A stretch of 64,000 bases of DNA from an uncultured Clostridia bacterium (GTDB lineage Bacteria; Bacillota; Clostridia; Christensenellales; UBA1242). The notes under the pieces were generated by a model. It was not told the origin of the DNA, did not search any database, and saw only the letters and a list, made by a program, of their open reading frames with translations. The first letter of the stretch is position 1. Each line of letters starts with the position of its first letter. The stretch spans positions 70,738 through 134,737 of the forward strand of contig CALVLZ010000006.1 of NCBI GenBank assembly GCA_944341445.1, written 5' to 3'. Positions 20,693-29,346 of this stretch are shown here, in pieces. Position numbers and translations under genes: made by a program.

Positions 20693-21175
20693 GTGGGAGC
20701 AAATTTAGAACTTAAAAAACAAGTTGTTGAAGAAATTAAAGAAAATTTCAAAAAAGCAAAAAGCGTTGTGTTTGTTAACTTTGTTGGCTTAACAGTTGAA
20801 CAAGATAACAAATTAAGAAAACAAATGCGTGAAAACAATTGCGTTTATAAAGTTTATAAAAACCGTTTAATGCTTAAAGCTTTAGAAGAACTTGGAATTA
20901 GTGGTTTCGATACTAAAATGTTTGAAGGCAACACAGCTGTTGCTTTTGGCAGTGATGAAGTTGCTGCTGCAAAAGTTGTTGCAGATAACGTTAAAGAAAC
21001 AGAAAAATTAGAAATCAAATTTGGAATTGTTGATGGCGAAATTGTTGATAAAGCAAAAGTTGAAGCACTTTCAAAAATACCATCAAGAGAAACATTGCTT
21101 GCTATGTTACTTGGTACATTACAAGCACCTATTTCAGCATTTGCAAGAGCAATTGATGCTGTAAGCAAAAAATAA
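20693..21175 (+). CDS. rplJ: 50S ribosomal protein L10 (GTG start)
   Basis: 160-aa ORF with typical L10 sequence. The ggagg RBS lies 8 nt before the GTG. Confidence 0.95.
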   Translation: MGANLELKKQVVEEIKENFKKAKSVVFVNFVGLTVEQDNKLRKQMRENNCVYKVYKNRLMLKALEELGISGFDTKMFEGNTAVAFGSDEVAAAKVVADNVKETEKLEIKFGIVDGEIVDKAKVEALSKIPSRETLLAMLLGTLQAPISAFARAIDAVSKK

Positions 21176-21204
21176 TTAAAAAATTTTATTGGAGGATTAA
21201 AGAA

Positions 21205-21570
21205 ATGGCAGATTTAAAAAATATTATTGAAGAAATTAAAACATTATCAGTTATGGAACTTTGTGATTTAGTAAAAATGGTTGAAGAAGAATTCGGAGTT
21301 AGTGCTGCTGCTCCTGTTGCCGCTGCTGCTGCACCTGTAGCTGCTGTTGCTGAAGAAAAAACTGAATTCAACGTTGTATTAAAAGAAATTGGTGCAAACA
21401 AACTTGCAGTTATTAAAGTTGTTAAAGAAATCACAGGTTTAGGCTTAGGTGAAGCTAAAACATTAGTAGAAAGCGCTCCTAAAGCAGTTAAAGAAAATGT
21501 TCCAGCTGAAGAAGCTAAAGCTATTGAAGCTAAATTAAAAGAAGCTGGCGCTGTTGTTGAATTAAACTAA
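21205..21570 (+). CDS. rplL: 50S ribosomal protein L7/L12
   Basis: The ORF has an Ala-rich hinge and the conserved C-terminal domain ([15 protein letters not shown]). Confidence 0.99.
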   Translation: MADLKNIIEEIKTLSVMELCDLVKMVEEEFGVSAAAPVAAAAAPVAAVAEEKTEFNVVLKEIGANKLAVIKVVKEITGLGLGEAKTLVESAPKAVKENVPAEEAKAIEAKLKEAGAVVELN

Positions 21571-21593
21571 TTTATCAACTAATTTAATGTGTT

Positions 21594-21634
21594 AAAAAAA
21601 GTTATGGTAATTTACCATAACTTTTATTTTTTTT
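21594..21634. terminator. Bidirectional terminator shared by rplL and rplI
   Basis: An 11-bp stem pairs aagttatggta with taccataactt, flanked by an A-run and a T-run. Confidence 0.85.
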
Positions 21635-21638
21635 AATT

Positions 21639-22085
21639 TTATTTTTCAGGATTAACTGAAACTATAATTGTTGCAGTAACTTGAGGGTGAAGTTTAATTT
21701 TTATTGAATAATTGCCACACGCTTTTATTGCAGAATCTAAGTCGATTTTCTTTTTATCAACTTCAAAACCCATTTTTAATAATTCAGTTGCAATTTCTTT
21801 TGAAGTTATTGAGCCAAAAACTTTGCCATTTTCGCCACATTTAATGTTTAGATTAACTGTTTTATTATTAATCAAATTTGCTTGTTTTTGGGCGTTTTCT
21901 AAAGCCAACATAGCTTTGTGTTCTTCACTTGCTTTTGCTTGGTTGTTTAAATTGATATTTTCTGCATTTGCAATTTTTGCTAATTTTTTAGGGAATAAGA
22001 AATTTTTTGCATAACCATCTGCAACGTTAACAACTTCTCCTTTTTTTCCACTACCTTTAACATTTTCTAAAAGTATAACTTTCAT
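21639..22085 (-). CDS. rplI: 50S ribosomal protein L9
   Basis: Sequence [36 protein letters not shown]. Confidence 0.97.
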   Translation of the reverse strand: MKVILLENVKGSGKKGEVVNVADGYAKNFLFPKKLAKIANAENINLNNQAKASEEHKAMLALENAQKQANLINNKTVNLNIKCGENGKVFGSITSKEIATELLKMGFEVDKKKIDLDSAIKACGNYSIKIKLHPQVTATIIVSVNPEK

Positions 22086-22212
22086 AATAATACCTATAAA
22101 TACAATTGTATTTTCCTTTTATATTTTAATTTATAATATATATTTTAATAAGTATTGTCAATTGAATAAAAATTGTTTTTTTTGTTAAAAATATAAAAAT
22201 TAAGAGGTGAGT

Positions 22213-22533
22213 ATGGATTTAAAATGCAAAAAATTAGATTGCAAATATAACGATAAATTTGCGTGTGTGGCTAAAGAAATTGATGTTAACAAAAATAATG
22301 TTTGTGATAAATATGAAAAAGCCACAAAGTTAGATGAAGGACAAAAACAGAATGTTCCTAAAAATATGCTAAATAAACCGCCAAAATTGCATCCATTTAG
22401 ACATAGTAAAAATGTGCAAATAAAATGCAGCGCAGAGTGCTTGTTTAATAAAGAAGGGTTATGTTTGGCAAATGGTATAACTGTTGATAGCATTAACAAA
22501 AAAGCAAATTGTTTAACTTATATGGATAAATAA
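22213..22533 (+). CDS. Cys-rich DUF1540-like protein with two repeats
   Basis: Two copies of a C-x4-C-x-YN...C-x-A..I.V-like pattern (KCKKLDCKYNDKFACVAKEIDV and KCSAECLFNKEGLCLANGITV). The ATG at 22213 follows an aagagg RBS. Confidence 0.5.
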   Translation: MDLKCKKLDCKYNDKFACVAKEIDVNKNNVCDKYEKATKLDEGQKQNVPKNMLNKPPKLHPFRHSKNVQIKCSAECLFNKEGLCLANGITVDSINKKANCLTYMDK

Positions 22534-22561
22534 AAAAACAGAAATTATTTTCTGTTTTTTT
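22534..22561. terminator. Bidirectional terminator
   Basis: Hairpin aaaacagaaa-ttat-tttctgtttt. Confidence 0.75.
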
Positions 22562-23279
22562 AATCATCACTTCTAAATCTAGCAAACACTAATAAAAATC
22601 TTAATAGGTTAAGCATTGATATAACTAAACTAGCAAAATATGTTAATGCAGCACTTTTTAAAACCTGTTTAGCACCATTTAGTTCTTCTTGAGTTAGTGT
22701 GTTAGTTAATTGAAGCGTTTTTATTGCTCTGTTGCTTGCATTGTATTCAACAGGTAATGTTGCAAGGTTAACAAGCACAGATAAGCCAAAAACGGCAATT
22801 CCACACCATAAAAGCACATCACCAACAATGTTGCCAGGGAACACTGCAAAATTGAATATTAGGCCCAAAACAACTAATGGCCAAAGCATAGTGCTTGCAA
22901 AATTTGCAATTGGAATAACTGCTTGGCGTATTTTAATTGGAACATATTTTTCTGCGTATTGATAAGCGTGTCCAACTTCGTGAGCAGCAACGCCAATTGC
23001 TGCAATGCTTGATGAATTATAAACACTGGAAGATAAAGCTATTACTTTTTTCTTGCTGTCATAATAATCGGTTAAATGGCCGTTAGTTTTAATAACGCTT
23101 ATATCATTTAAACCTTTTTGGTCTAGTAGCATTCTTGCAACTTCAGCAGCGGTTTTGCCACAACTTGCAGTTACTTTGCTAAAAGCTGAAAAAGACTTTG
23201 AAACTTTAATTTGAGCAATTGTTGCTAAAATTAAGCCGGGCAATAAAATTATACCCATTAAATAATATTGAAAATACAT
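22560..23279 (-). CDS. yugP: YugP-family membrane zinc metallopeptidase
   Basis: HEVGHA motif and transmembrane segments. The whole-length pattern resembles B. subtilis YugP (TAAEVARMLLD..., LPVEYNASNRA, ...RFRSDD). Confidence 0.8.
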   Translation of the reverse strand: MYFQYYLMGIILLPGLILATIAQIKVSKSFSAFSKVTASCGKTAAEVARMLLDQKGLNDISVIKTNGHLTDYYDSKKKVIALSSSVYNSSSIAAIGVAAHEVGHAYQYAEKYVPIKIRQAVIPIANFASTMLWPLVVLGLIFNFAVFPGNIVGDVLLWCGIAVFGLSVLVNLATLPVEYNASNRAIKTLQLTNTLTQEELNGAKQVLKSAALTYFASLVISMLNLLRFLLVFARFRSDD

Positions 23280-23293
23280 ATAAAATTCCTTTA

Positions 23294-23998
23294 TTAATTT
23301 TTATTAATATAAGACTTAACTTCTTTACCGAAAGGCAAAAAATCATCAAAAAACGAAGAAATATAGGTTTGTCCAGCAATGTTTAATAGTTTTTTAGCTC
23401 TTTTTAATTCTGTTTTGTTTACAAAGTTATTATTTTCTAAAATATTTAAAGCACGTTTGCTAGCATCTCGTTCTAGCGGAATTAGCAAAAATTTAGATAA
23501 TAAATTTAACAAAAAGAAACCTGCGCAAACCCCTAAAACAGAGTATATAAGAGTTGTGTTAGAAGTGTTAAATATAAATAAAACAATTCCTAATATTGCT
23601 AGAGGTAAAATAAATTTGTTAGTGAATCTGGTTAATTTGTTAATTAAATTCGTAAAACTGAAAAGTTTGGAATTTTCTTTATGCTGTAAAGCGTGACCTA
23701 ATTCGTGAGAAACAATTGCAATAGAACTAAGGCTTGGAACATCACAAATTTCATCACTTATAAACAATGTTTTGTATTTAGCAGAGTACGCATCACCTAA
23801 TTTTTTATCAATTAAGGCAAGGTCAATATCTAAATTGTATTTGTCTATACAAATTGAAGCAAATTCTGCACCTGTTAAATTGGCAGAGTTCCTAACTTTT
23901 AAATATTTATTGTAAACTTTTAAAATTTTTGTTTGGGAACCTGCAACTATTAAAAATGTTAAAATTAAAATTCCAACAAGTATACCAATAAAAATCAT
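23294..23998 (-). CDS. Divergent second YugP-family zinc metallopeptidase paralogue
   Basis: HELGHA motif, the same topology, and LIPLERDASKRA in place of LPVEYNASNRA. Confidence 0.7.
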   Translation of the reverse strand: MIFIGILVGILILTFLIVAGSQTKILKVYNKYLKVRNSANLTGAEFASICIDKYNLDIDLALIDKKLGDAYSAKYKTLFISDEICDVPSLSSIAIVSHELGHALQHKENSKLFSFTNLINKLTRFTNKFILPLAILGIVLFIFNTSNTTLIYSVLGVCAGFFLLNLLSKFLLIPLERDASKRALNILENNNFVNKTELKRAKKLLNIAGQTYISSFFDDFLPFGKEVKSYINKN

Positions 23999-24050
23999 TT
24001 ATTTCTCCCAATTTTTTGAATAGTATATCTTAAAATTTTAAAATTAACAA

Positions 24051-25004
24051 CTAAAATTTTATTTCTTCAATTTCTTCAATTAATTGGTTTTTAACTTTAA
24101 AATTAAAACTTAAATAATTATTACCTTTTATTGTGTAGTTATAATAAATATCATTAACATAATATGGGTTAAAATATATTTCTTTAATTTCTCCAAAAAA
24201 GTTTTCGCAAGTGCTTTTTGTTAACTTATTTTTTAAATTAGAACTTAAATATTCTTTTGCTAGTTCAAAGTTGTTAATTTTAACACACTCTAAAAAGGCG
24301 TAAGGCACAAGTTCATTTTTGCTAACAACATTTTTCTTATCCATATAAACGTAATAACTGTTAATTTTGCCATTATCATAATTAATTTCTGTAACTTTGC
24401 CTGTTTTTGCTATATCACATAACTTTTTTAAAACTTTAATATTGGTTTTTGTAAATTCAACAAGTTCCATTTTATCATTATAAATTTCATTAAAATTAGG
24501 GTCTAAAACAATTAAATTGTTAACTTTTGAGTTAGAACCTTGAATTAATATGTAGTCTTTATTAGAGTATGCATTAAAAGTAAAACATTCAAAAATGTTT
24601 GTTGTGTATTTTAGCGTTCCATTTTTGTAAACACAAATGTTGCTTTTGCCAAAGTTGTTAACAACAATATTTATGTTATTAATTGTTTTTTCATAAACTT
24701 TTTCTATGTTTTCAATTGGGTTTATTTGTGAACAATTTATAACAATATCATAGTTGTTGTTAGTAAATGGAATAACTTCAACAAAGTCGCTTTCACAAAA
24801 TAGTTTATTTAATTCATAGCGCATTTTAACTGAAAAATTAGGCATAATGTGATGTTTTTCACTTATTGGATAAATGCTTAATATAAAGCTTTGAAGTTCG
24901 TCAACTTCAACACTAATTGGTAAATCTTTAACTTGCCCTATGTGTTTGCTGTCTACAAAAATATCACAACTATTAGTGCTTTTAAAATTTAAAAAATAAC
25001 TCAT
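24051..25004 (-). CDS. Hypothetical 317-aa protein
   Basis: Long ORF heading the same-strand cluster, immediately upstream (5') of the two peptidase genes. No transmembrane segment and no recognised family. Confidence 0.55.
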   Translation of the reverse strand: MSYFLNFKSTNSCDIFVDSKHIGQVKDLPISVEVDELQSFILSIYPISEKHHIMPNFSVKMRYELNKLFCESDFVEVIPFTNNNYDIVINCSQINPIENIEKVYEKTINNINIVVNNFGKSNICVYKNGTLKYTTNIFECFTFNAYSNKDYILIQGSNSKVNNLIVLDPNFNEIYNDKMELVEFTKTNIKVLKKLCDIAKTGKVTEINYDNGKINSYYVYMDKKNVVSKNELVPYAFLECVKINNFELAKEYLSSNLKNKLTKSTCENFFGEIKEIYFNPYYVNDIYYNYTIKGNNYLSFNFKVKNQLIEEIEEIKF

Positions 25005-25134
25005 AATAAATCCTTAAAAACAATATTTTCATATTTTATGAAATTGCAGTGTTAAAATATGCAAAATTGTTAATAATTAATTCAAAGTTAACAATTTTTT
25101 TATGTTTGGAATATGTAAAAGTTAAGGAGATAAT

Positions 25135-25440
25135 ATGGACCAATTAAAAAATGTTATACCTTTTAAAATAAAAGAAAAATCGCTGTCATTAAACAATAAC
25201 GACATTACTTCTTTGTTTTTAGGCTTGGTTAAAATTATTCAAAATGAAGCATCTTGCAATAAAGAAAAAAGTTATTTAGATATTATTTGCAAGCAAGAAT
25301 TAGAGATAAAAAAATTAAAAATAAAGTTGAAAAACTTGCAACTTTTAACATGTTCAGATGGCGGAATTGTGCAAAAAGTAACTTACGAAAACTTTAAAAA
25401 TAACTCAAAAAAACTCATAAATAAAATAAAACAAAATTAG
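25135..25440 (+). CDS. Hypothetical 101-aa protein
   Basis: ORF with an aaggaga RBS and a terminator downstream. Confidence 0.5.
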   Translation: MDQLKNVIPFKIKEKSLSLNNNDITSLFLGLVKIIQNEASCNKEKSYLDIICKQELEIKKLKIKLKNLQLLTCSDGGIVQKVTYENFKNNSKKLINKIKQN

Positions 25441-25466
25441 TAAAAATAAACTTTATTATAAATAAA

Positions 25467-25504
25467 AAAAACACCAAATTATTTATTTTGGTGTTTTGTT
25501 TTAT
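25467..25504 (+). terminator. Rho-independent terminator
   Basis: Hairpin aaaacaccaaa-ttatttat-tttggtgtttt. Confidence 0.8.
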
Positions 25505-25536
25505 TTTATTAGAAATTGTAATAAAAACCAAAAAGT

Positions 25537-25543
25537 TTCGACA
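25537..25543 (-). promoter_or_regulatory. Perfect Spo0A-box (TGTCGAA) upstream of spo0A
   Basis: ttcgaca on the plus strand reads TGTCGAA on the minus strand. It lies about 140 nt upstream of the spo0A start. Confidence 0.4.
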
Positions 25544-25683
25544 TTTTACTTAATAAATTAACAATGAAAAACACAATTATACAATATTCTCAAACGTATA
25601 ATTTTAATATAAAAAGCCTATATGGTAAAATATTATCGGTGGCTAAATTAAGCCACATTAATTATTAATTAGGGAGAATGAAG

Positions 25684-26481
25684 ATGAAAGAAGTTAATAA
25701 AAAATGTAATGTTATTGTTTTAGATAACAGCGAACAAATGAGAAAAATGATAAAAGATTATTTTAATAATTCTGAAGAGGTTAGTGTTGTTGCAGAATTT
25801 GAAAACGCAACAAAGGCATTAGATTTTTTGCAAAAGAATGAAGTTGATGTTGTGTTAAGCGATGTTGTTTTGCCGGGAATTGATGGATTTGAATTTTTAG
25901 AAAAGCTTAAAATATTAAATTTAAAAAACACGCCAAAAATAATAATGTTAAGTGCTTTATCTGGTGATGGATTTATTCAAAAAGCACTTAATCTTGGTGC
26001 AAATTATTATATGGTTAAACCTTGTGAAATGAATTTATTAAAATCAAGAATTTTAGAATTAAACCAAAATGGAAGTTTTGCTGTTTCAGCAGTTTCTAAT
26101 GAATCAAAAAATGTTGCAAGCATTCATAAAAACAAACAATTAGAAGAAAAAATAACAAACATTTTTATTACTGTTGGAATACCTGCTCATATTAAAGGTT
26201 ATCAATTTTTAAGAGAAGCTATTAAAATGGCTATAGATAATCCTGAAATAATTAATAGTATAACAAAAAAATTATACCCAAGCATTGCAGAACGTTTTGA
26301 CACAAGTGCAAGTAAGGTGGAACGTGCAATTAGACACGCAATTGAAGTTGCTTGGAATAGGGGTAAAATTGAAAATATAAACGCATTGTTTGGTGTTCGT
26401 GTTTATAGCAATAACGAAAAACCAACAAATGGTGAATTTATTGCACTTGTCGCAGATAAAATGCTAATTGAAGGTGCTTAA
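25684..26481 (+). CDS. spo0A: Sporulation master regulator Spo0A (receiver domain plus Spo0A_C domain)
   Basis: Signature helix SKVERAIRHAIEVAW and KPTNGEFIA. The receiver domain has the phospho-acceptor context VVLSDVVLPGIDG. The ATG at 25684 has better GGAG spacing than the one at 25678. Confidence 0.9.
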   Translation: MKEVNKKCNVIVLDNSEQMRKMIKDYFNNSEEVSVVAEFENATKALDFLQKNEVDVVLSDVVLPGIDGFEFLEKLKILNLKNTPKIIMLSALSGDGFIQKALNLGANYYMVKPCEMNLLKSRILELNQNGSFAVSAVSNESKNVASIHKNKQLEEKITNIFITVGIPAHIKGYQFLREAIKMAIDNPEIINSITKKLYPSIAERFDTSASKVERAIRHAIEVAWNRGKIENINALFGVRVYSNNEKPTNGEFIALVADKMLIEGA

Positions 26482-26493
26482 ATATTAAATAAT

Positions 26494-26527
26494 AATTGAT
26501 GATTTTTCATCAATTTTATTTTTTTTA
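26494..26527 (+). terminator. Rho-independent terminator after spo0A
   Basis: Hairpin aattgatga-tttt-tcatcaatt followed by a T-rich tail. Confidence 0.8.
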
Positions 26528-26654
26528 TTTATTATGTTAACTTATAAAATAAACATTTTTGCAGGTTAATTTTGTTTTTTAGTTATAAAAATGAAACATA
26601 TTAAATAAACTAGCATAAATTATATAAAATAAAATAAAAAATGTTTAAATTCTC

Positions 26655-26683
26655 TTTACAAGTATATATTATGTATTTATAAT
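26655..26683 (+). promoter_or_regulatory. Sigma-A type promoter
   Basis: TTTACA, 17-nt spacer, TATAAT. Confidence 0.6.
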
Positions 26684-26716
26684 ATTTGCAACAATTTAAA
26701 TATGTGGAGATAAAAG

Positions 26717-27244
26717 ATGAAAGATACTAAACCTGTTTACATTAAATGTCCAAGATGTGAATTAAATTATATTTTAAAAAAAGATAAGCTTTGTGAAGTT
26801 TGCAAACAAGAAATAAAAGCTGGTGCAACTCATAATGACGATTTAGAGTTTGAAGAAGAGGGTATGGAATTATGCCCAATCTGCAAAGTTAACTATATAA
26901 CAGATGGCGAAAAAATGTGCCAGGCTTGTTTGGAAAATAGCCTTATGGAAGATAAGGAAGATGTTGATTGGAGAGAATATATTGATAAAACAACTGAAGA
27001 ATCAGATGAAGAAACAATGGATCTTCTTCCAATTGAAGATAACGAAGACCTTGATGAAGATTTGAAAAACACATTCAGCAAAGATTTAGATGATGATTAT
27101 TTAAAAGATGACTTTGATGATATGGATGAGTTTGATGACGAAGAAGAAAATGATGATGACGATTTAGACATCGACGTTGATGATTATGACGATGGAGACG
27201 ACGATGATGAAGATGAAGACGATGATGAAGATGAAGACTATTAA
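26717..27244 (+). CDS. Hypothetical protein with two CxxC...CxxC zinc-ribbon-like units and a poly-Asp/Glu tail
   Basis: Cys units CPRCELNY...CEVCKQE and CPICKVNY...CQACLEN. The C-terminal ~80 aa is almost entirely D/E. Confidence 0.6.
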   Translation: MKDTKPVYIKCPRCELNYILKKDKLCEVCKQEIKAGATHNDDLEFEEEGMELCPICKVNYITDGEKMCQACLENSLMEDKEDVDWREYIDKTTEESDEETMDLLPIEDNEDLDEDLKNTFSKDLDDDYLKDDFDDMDEFDDEEENDDDDLDIDVDDYDDGDDDDEDEDDDEDEDY

Positions 27245-27248
27245 AATT

Positions 27249-27275
27249 GGTTAAGCTTAGGCTTAACCTTTTTTT
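27249..27275 (+). terminator. Rho-independent terminator
   Basis: Hairpin ggttaagc-ttag-gcttaacc followed by a T-run. Confidence 0.85.
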
Positions 27276-27360
27276 ATCATAAAATAAATTTTATTTTAAT
27301 ATAATGTTAACGAGAATAAAATGTTTTGTTTTGTTTAAAATAAAATAAAAAGAGGTATTA

Positions 27361-27597
27361 ATGGTTAAGTCTAATTCAAGTTTGCAAGAAGTGAAAAAGA
27401 AAATTGAAAACTTAAAAGGTAAAAATGTTTATATGCAAATTAACAAGGGTAGAAATAAAATTGTTAAACTAAGTGCAATTATAGACCAAGTGTACCCTAG
27501 TATGTTTGTAATAAAACCAACAGAAAATGTGGATTTAGATAGAACAAGTTTTTCATACAACGATGTTATGTGCGGAGATGTTAAATTTGGAAGTTAA
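27361..27597 (+). CDS. veg: Veg-family protein (DUF1021)
   Basis: The 78-aa sequence (IKKKIENLKGKNVYMQINKGRNKIVKLSAIIDQVYPSMFVI...SFSYNDVMCGDVKF) fits the Veg pattern. Confidence 0.75.
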   Translation: MVKSNSSLQEVKKKIENLKGKNVYMQINKGRNKIVKLSAIIDQVYPSMFVIKPTENVDLDRTSFSYNDVMCGDVKFGS

Positions 27598-27598
27598 A

Positions 27599-27627
27599 AT
27601 ATGACAAATTGTTGTCATATTTTTTTT
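27599..27627 (+). terminator. Rho-independent terminator after veg
   Basis: Hairpin atatgacaa-attg-ttgtcatat followed by a T-run. Confidence 0.85.
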
Positions 27628-27675
27628 GCTTGCTAAATATATTATTAATGAACATGCGCATTGGGGGGTTTAAAA

Positions 27676-29214
27676 ATGGCAGTTAATCCAATATATGAAA
27701 AACTAACAAGTGTTAAAAGATTAAATCCGCAAGCAAATCAAAGTGTTGTGGAATGTGTTTTGCAAGCAAATGAAGAAATAAAAGATGTTTTAGCAGTTAG
27801 GGCTGAAGCTTTCTTAAAAAATTGCAATATTGTTAAAAATGCAATTGAATATTCTGGTGTTGTTAATTTTAGCATTTTATATAATGATGTTAACAATTTG
27901 CCACAAGCATTAAATTATATGGCAGAGTTTAATGATAAATTGTCAATAAATAATGATATGTTGCCAAATAATTGTATTTGCATTGCAACTGTTGTTGATA
28001 ATAAAATTATAAATGTTTCAGCAAATTCAATTAAAGTTAATGCAGTTATTGAAGTTAAAAACATGTATGCTCAAAATGAAGAAATAAACGCACTTTCAAA
28101 TGTTGAAGGTGAAAACGTTTATATTCAAACTGAGGAAATACAAAAAACAAGTTTAGCAGGAACTATTGATTCACCTATAAATTTAAACGAAAATTTTAGT
28201 ATTAATGATAGCATATTTAATGTGTTAGAAGTTAGTGTTGAACCAATTTTAAAAAGTGTTGTTGGGCAAGATGGATTTGTTAAAGTTAGTGCAGATGCTT
28301 TAGTTAATATTTGTTATTTAACAGATGGTGAAAATGCAACTATTAGAAATTATAATGCAACAGTAAATATTGATGAAGAAATTAAATTAGATTTTGTTGA
28401 TGATGAAAATTTAATTGAAGCATATTTAACAAACAATATTGAACAATTATTAGTTAACACAAATATTGATGTTGACAAAGCAGAAGTTGAAATTAGTGCG
28501 CAATTAATTCTAAAAGGCTTTGTTTATGACAAAGAAGAAATAAGTGTTGTTTCAGATTTATTTTCAACTGAAAATGAAATAACAACTTGCACATCAAGTT
28601 TTAACAGTGTTTGCTTTGGTGGAAATGTTTTATTTGAAGATAAAATTTCTTGTGGAGCAGTTATCACAGATGAAATGCCGTTTGCTGATGACGTGTTGTC
28701 TGTTTGCGTTTCTAGTCAAGAAATAACAAATTCATACATAGCAAACAACAAATTAAATGTTGAAGGTGTTGTAAGATTTAACGTTTTATATTTCAATCGT
28801 GAAAGCATGAGTGTTGTTGGATTTATAACAGAGTGTCCTTTTGAAGTTAGTGGTGGCATTAATGATGATATGCAAGATTTTTCAAATATCACATCAATTG
28901 CGGTTGGAGATATAACTTTCAAATCAAGAAGAGGTAAGGAAATAGATATTAATGCTAATGTTTTTGTAACTTCAAATTTGTTAAATAATGAAAATTGCGC
29001 AGTTATAACTAATATTGAAGTTGGAGAAGAAAAACAAGAGAACGAGTGTGCTATAAGCATATACTACGTTAAAGCTGGAGAACAAATTTGGGATGTTGCT
29101 AAAAAGATGAATGTTTCACCAGATTTAATTTTGGAACAAAATCCAGATTTAAAATTGCCACTTGAAGGTGGAGAAAAAGTGTTTATTTTCAGACAAAAAC
29201 AAGTTGAAATTTAA
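27676..29214 (+). CDS. DUF3794 (SPOCS)-type repeat protein with a C-terminal LysM domain
   Basis: C-terminal sequence YYVKAGEQIWDVAKKMNVSPDLILEQNPDL is LysM-like. The body has the repetitive beta-rich character of SPOCS-domain proteins. The ATG at 27676 follows a G-rich RBS. Confidence 0.6.
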   Translation: MAVNPIYEKLTSVKRLNPQANQSVVECVLQANEEIKDVLAVRAEAFLKNCNIVKNAIEYSGVVNFSILYNDVNNLPQALNYMAEFNDKLSINNDMLPNNCICIATVVDNKIINVSANSIKVNAVIEVKNMYAQNEEINALSNVEGENVYIQTEEIQKTSLAGTIDSPINLNENFSINDSIFNVLEVSVEPILKSVVGQDGFVKVSADALVNICYLTDGENATIRNYNATVNIDEEIKLDFVDDENLIEAYLTNNIEQLLVNTNIDVDKAEVEISAQLILKGFVYDKEEISVVSDLFSTENEITTCTSSFNSVCFGGNVLFEDKISCGAVITDEMPFADDVLSVCVSSQEITNSYIANNKLNVEGVVRFNVLYFNRESMSVVGFITECPFEVSGGINDDMQDFSNITSIAVGDITFKSRRGKEIDINANVFVTSNLLNNENCAVITNIEVGEEKQENECAISIYYVKAGEQIWDVAKKMNVSPDLILEQNPDLKLPLEGGEKVFIFRQKQVEI

Positions 29215-29240
29215 TGCTGTTTGCCATAACCCATATGCAG

Positions 29241-29267
29241 AGTGCAACTAAAGTTGCACTTTTTTTT
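29241..29267 (+). terminator. Rho-independent terminator
   Basis: Hairpin agtgcaac-taaa-gttgcact followed by a T-run. Confidence 0.85.
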
Positions 29268-29300
29268 GTTGCATTTTGTTTTAATTAAATTTGCATATAC

Positions 29301-29329
29301 TTTAAATTTTTATATTTATTTGGTATAAT
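29301..29329 (+). promoter_or_regulatory. Promoter of addBA with an extended -10 element
   Basis: TTTAAA, 17-nt spacer, TATAAT, with TGg. Confidence 0.5.
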
Positions 29330-29346
29330 ACAATAATGAGGATTGT

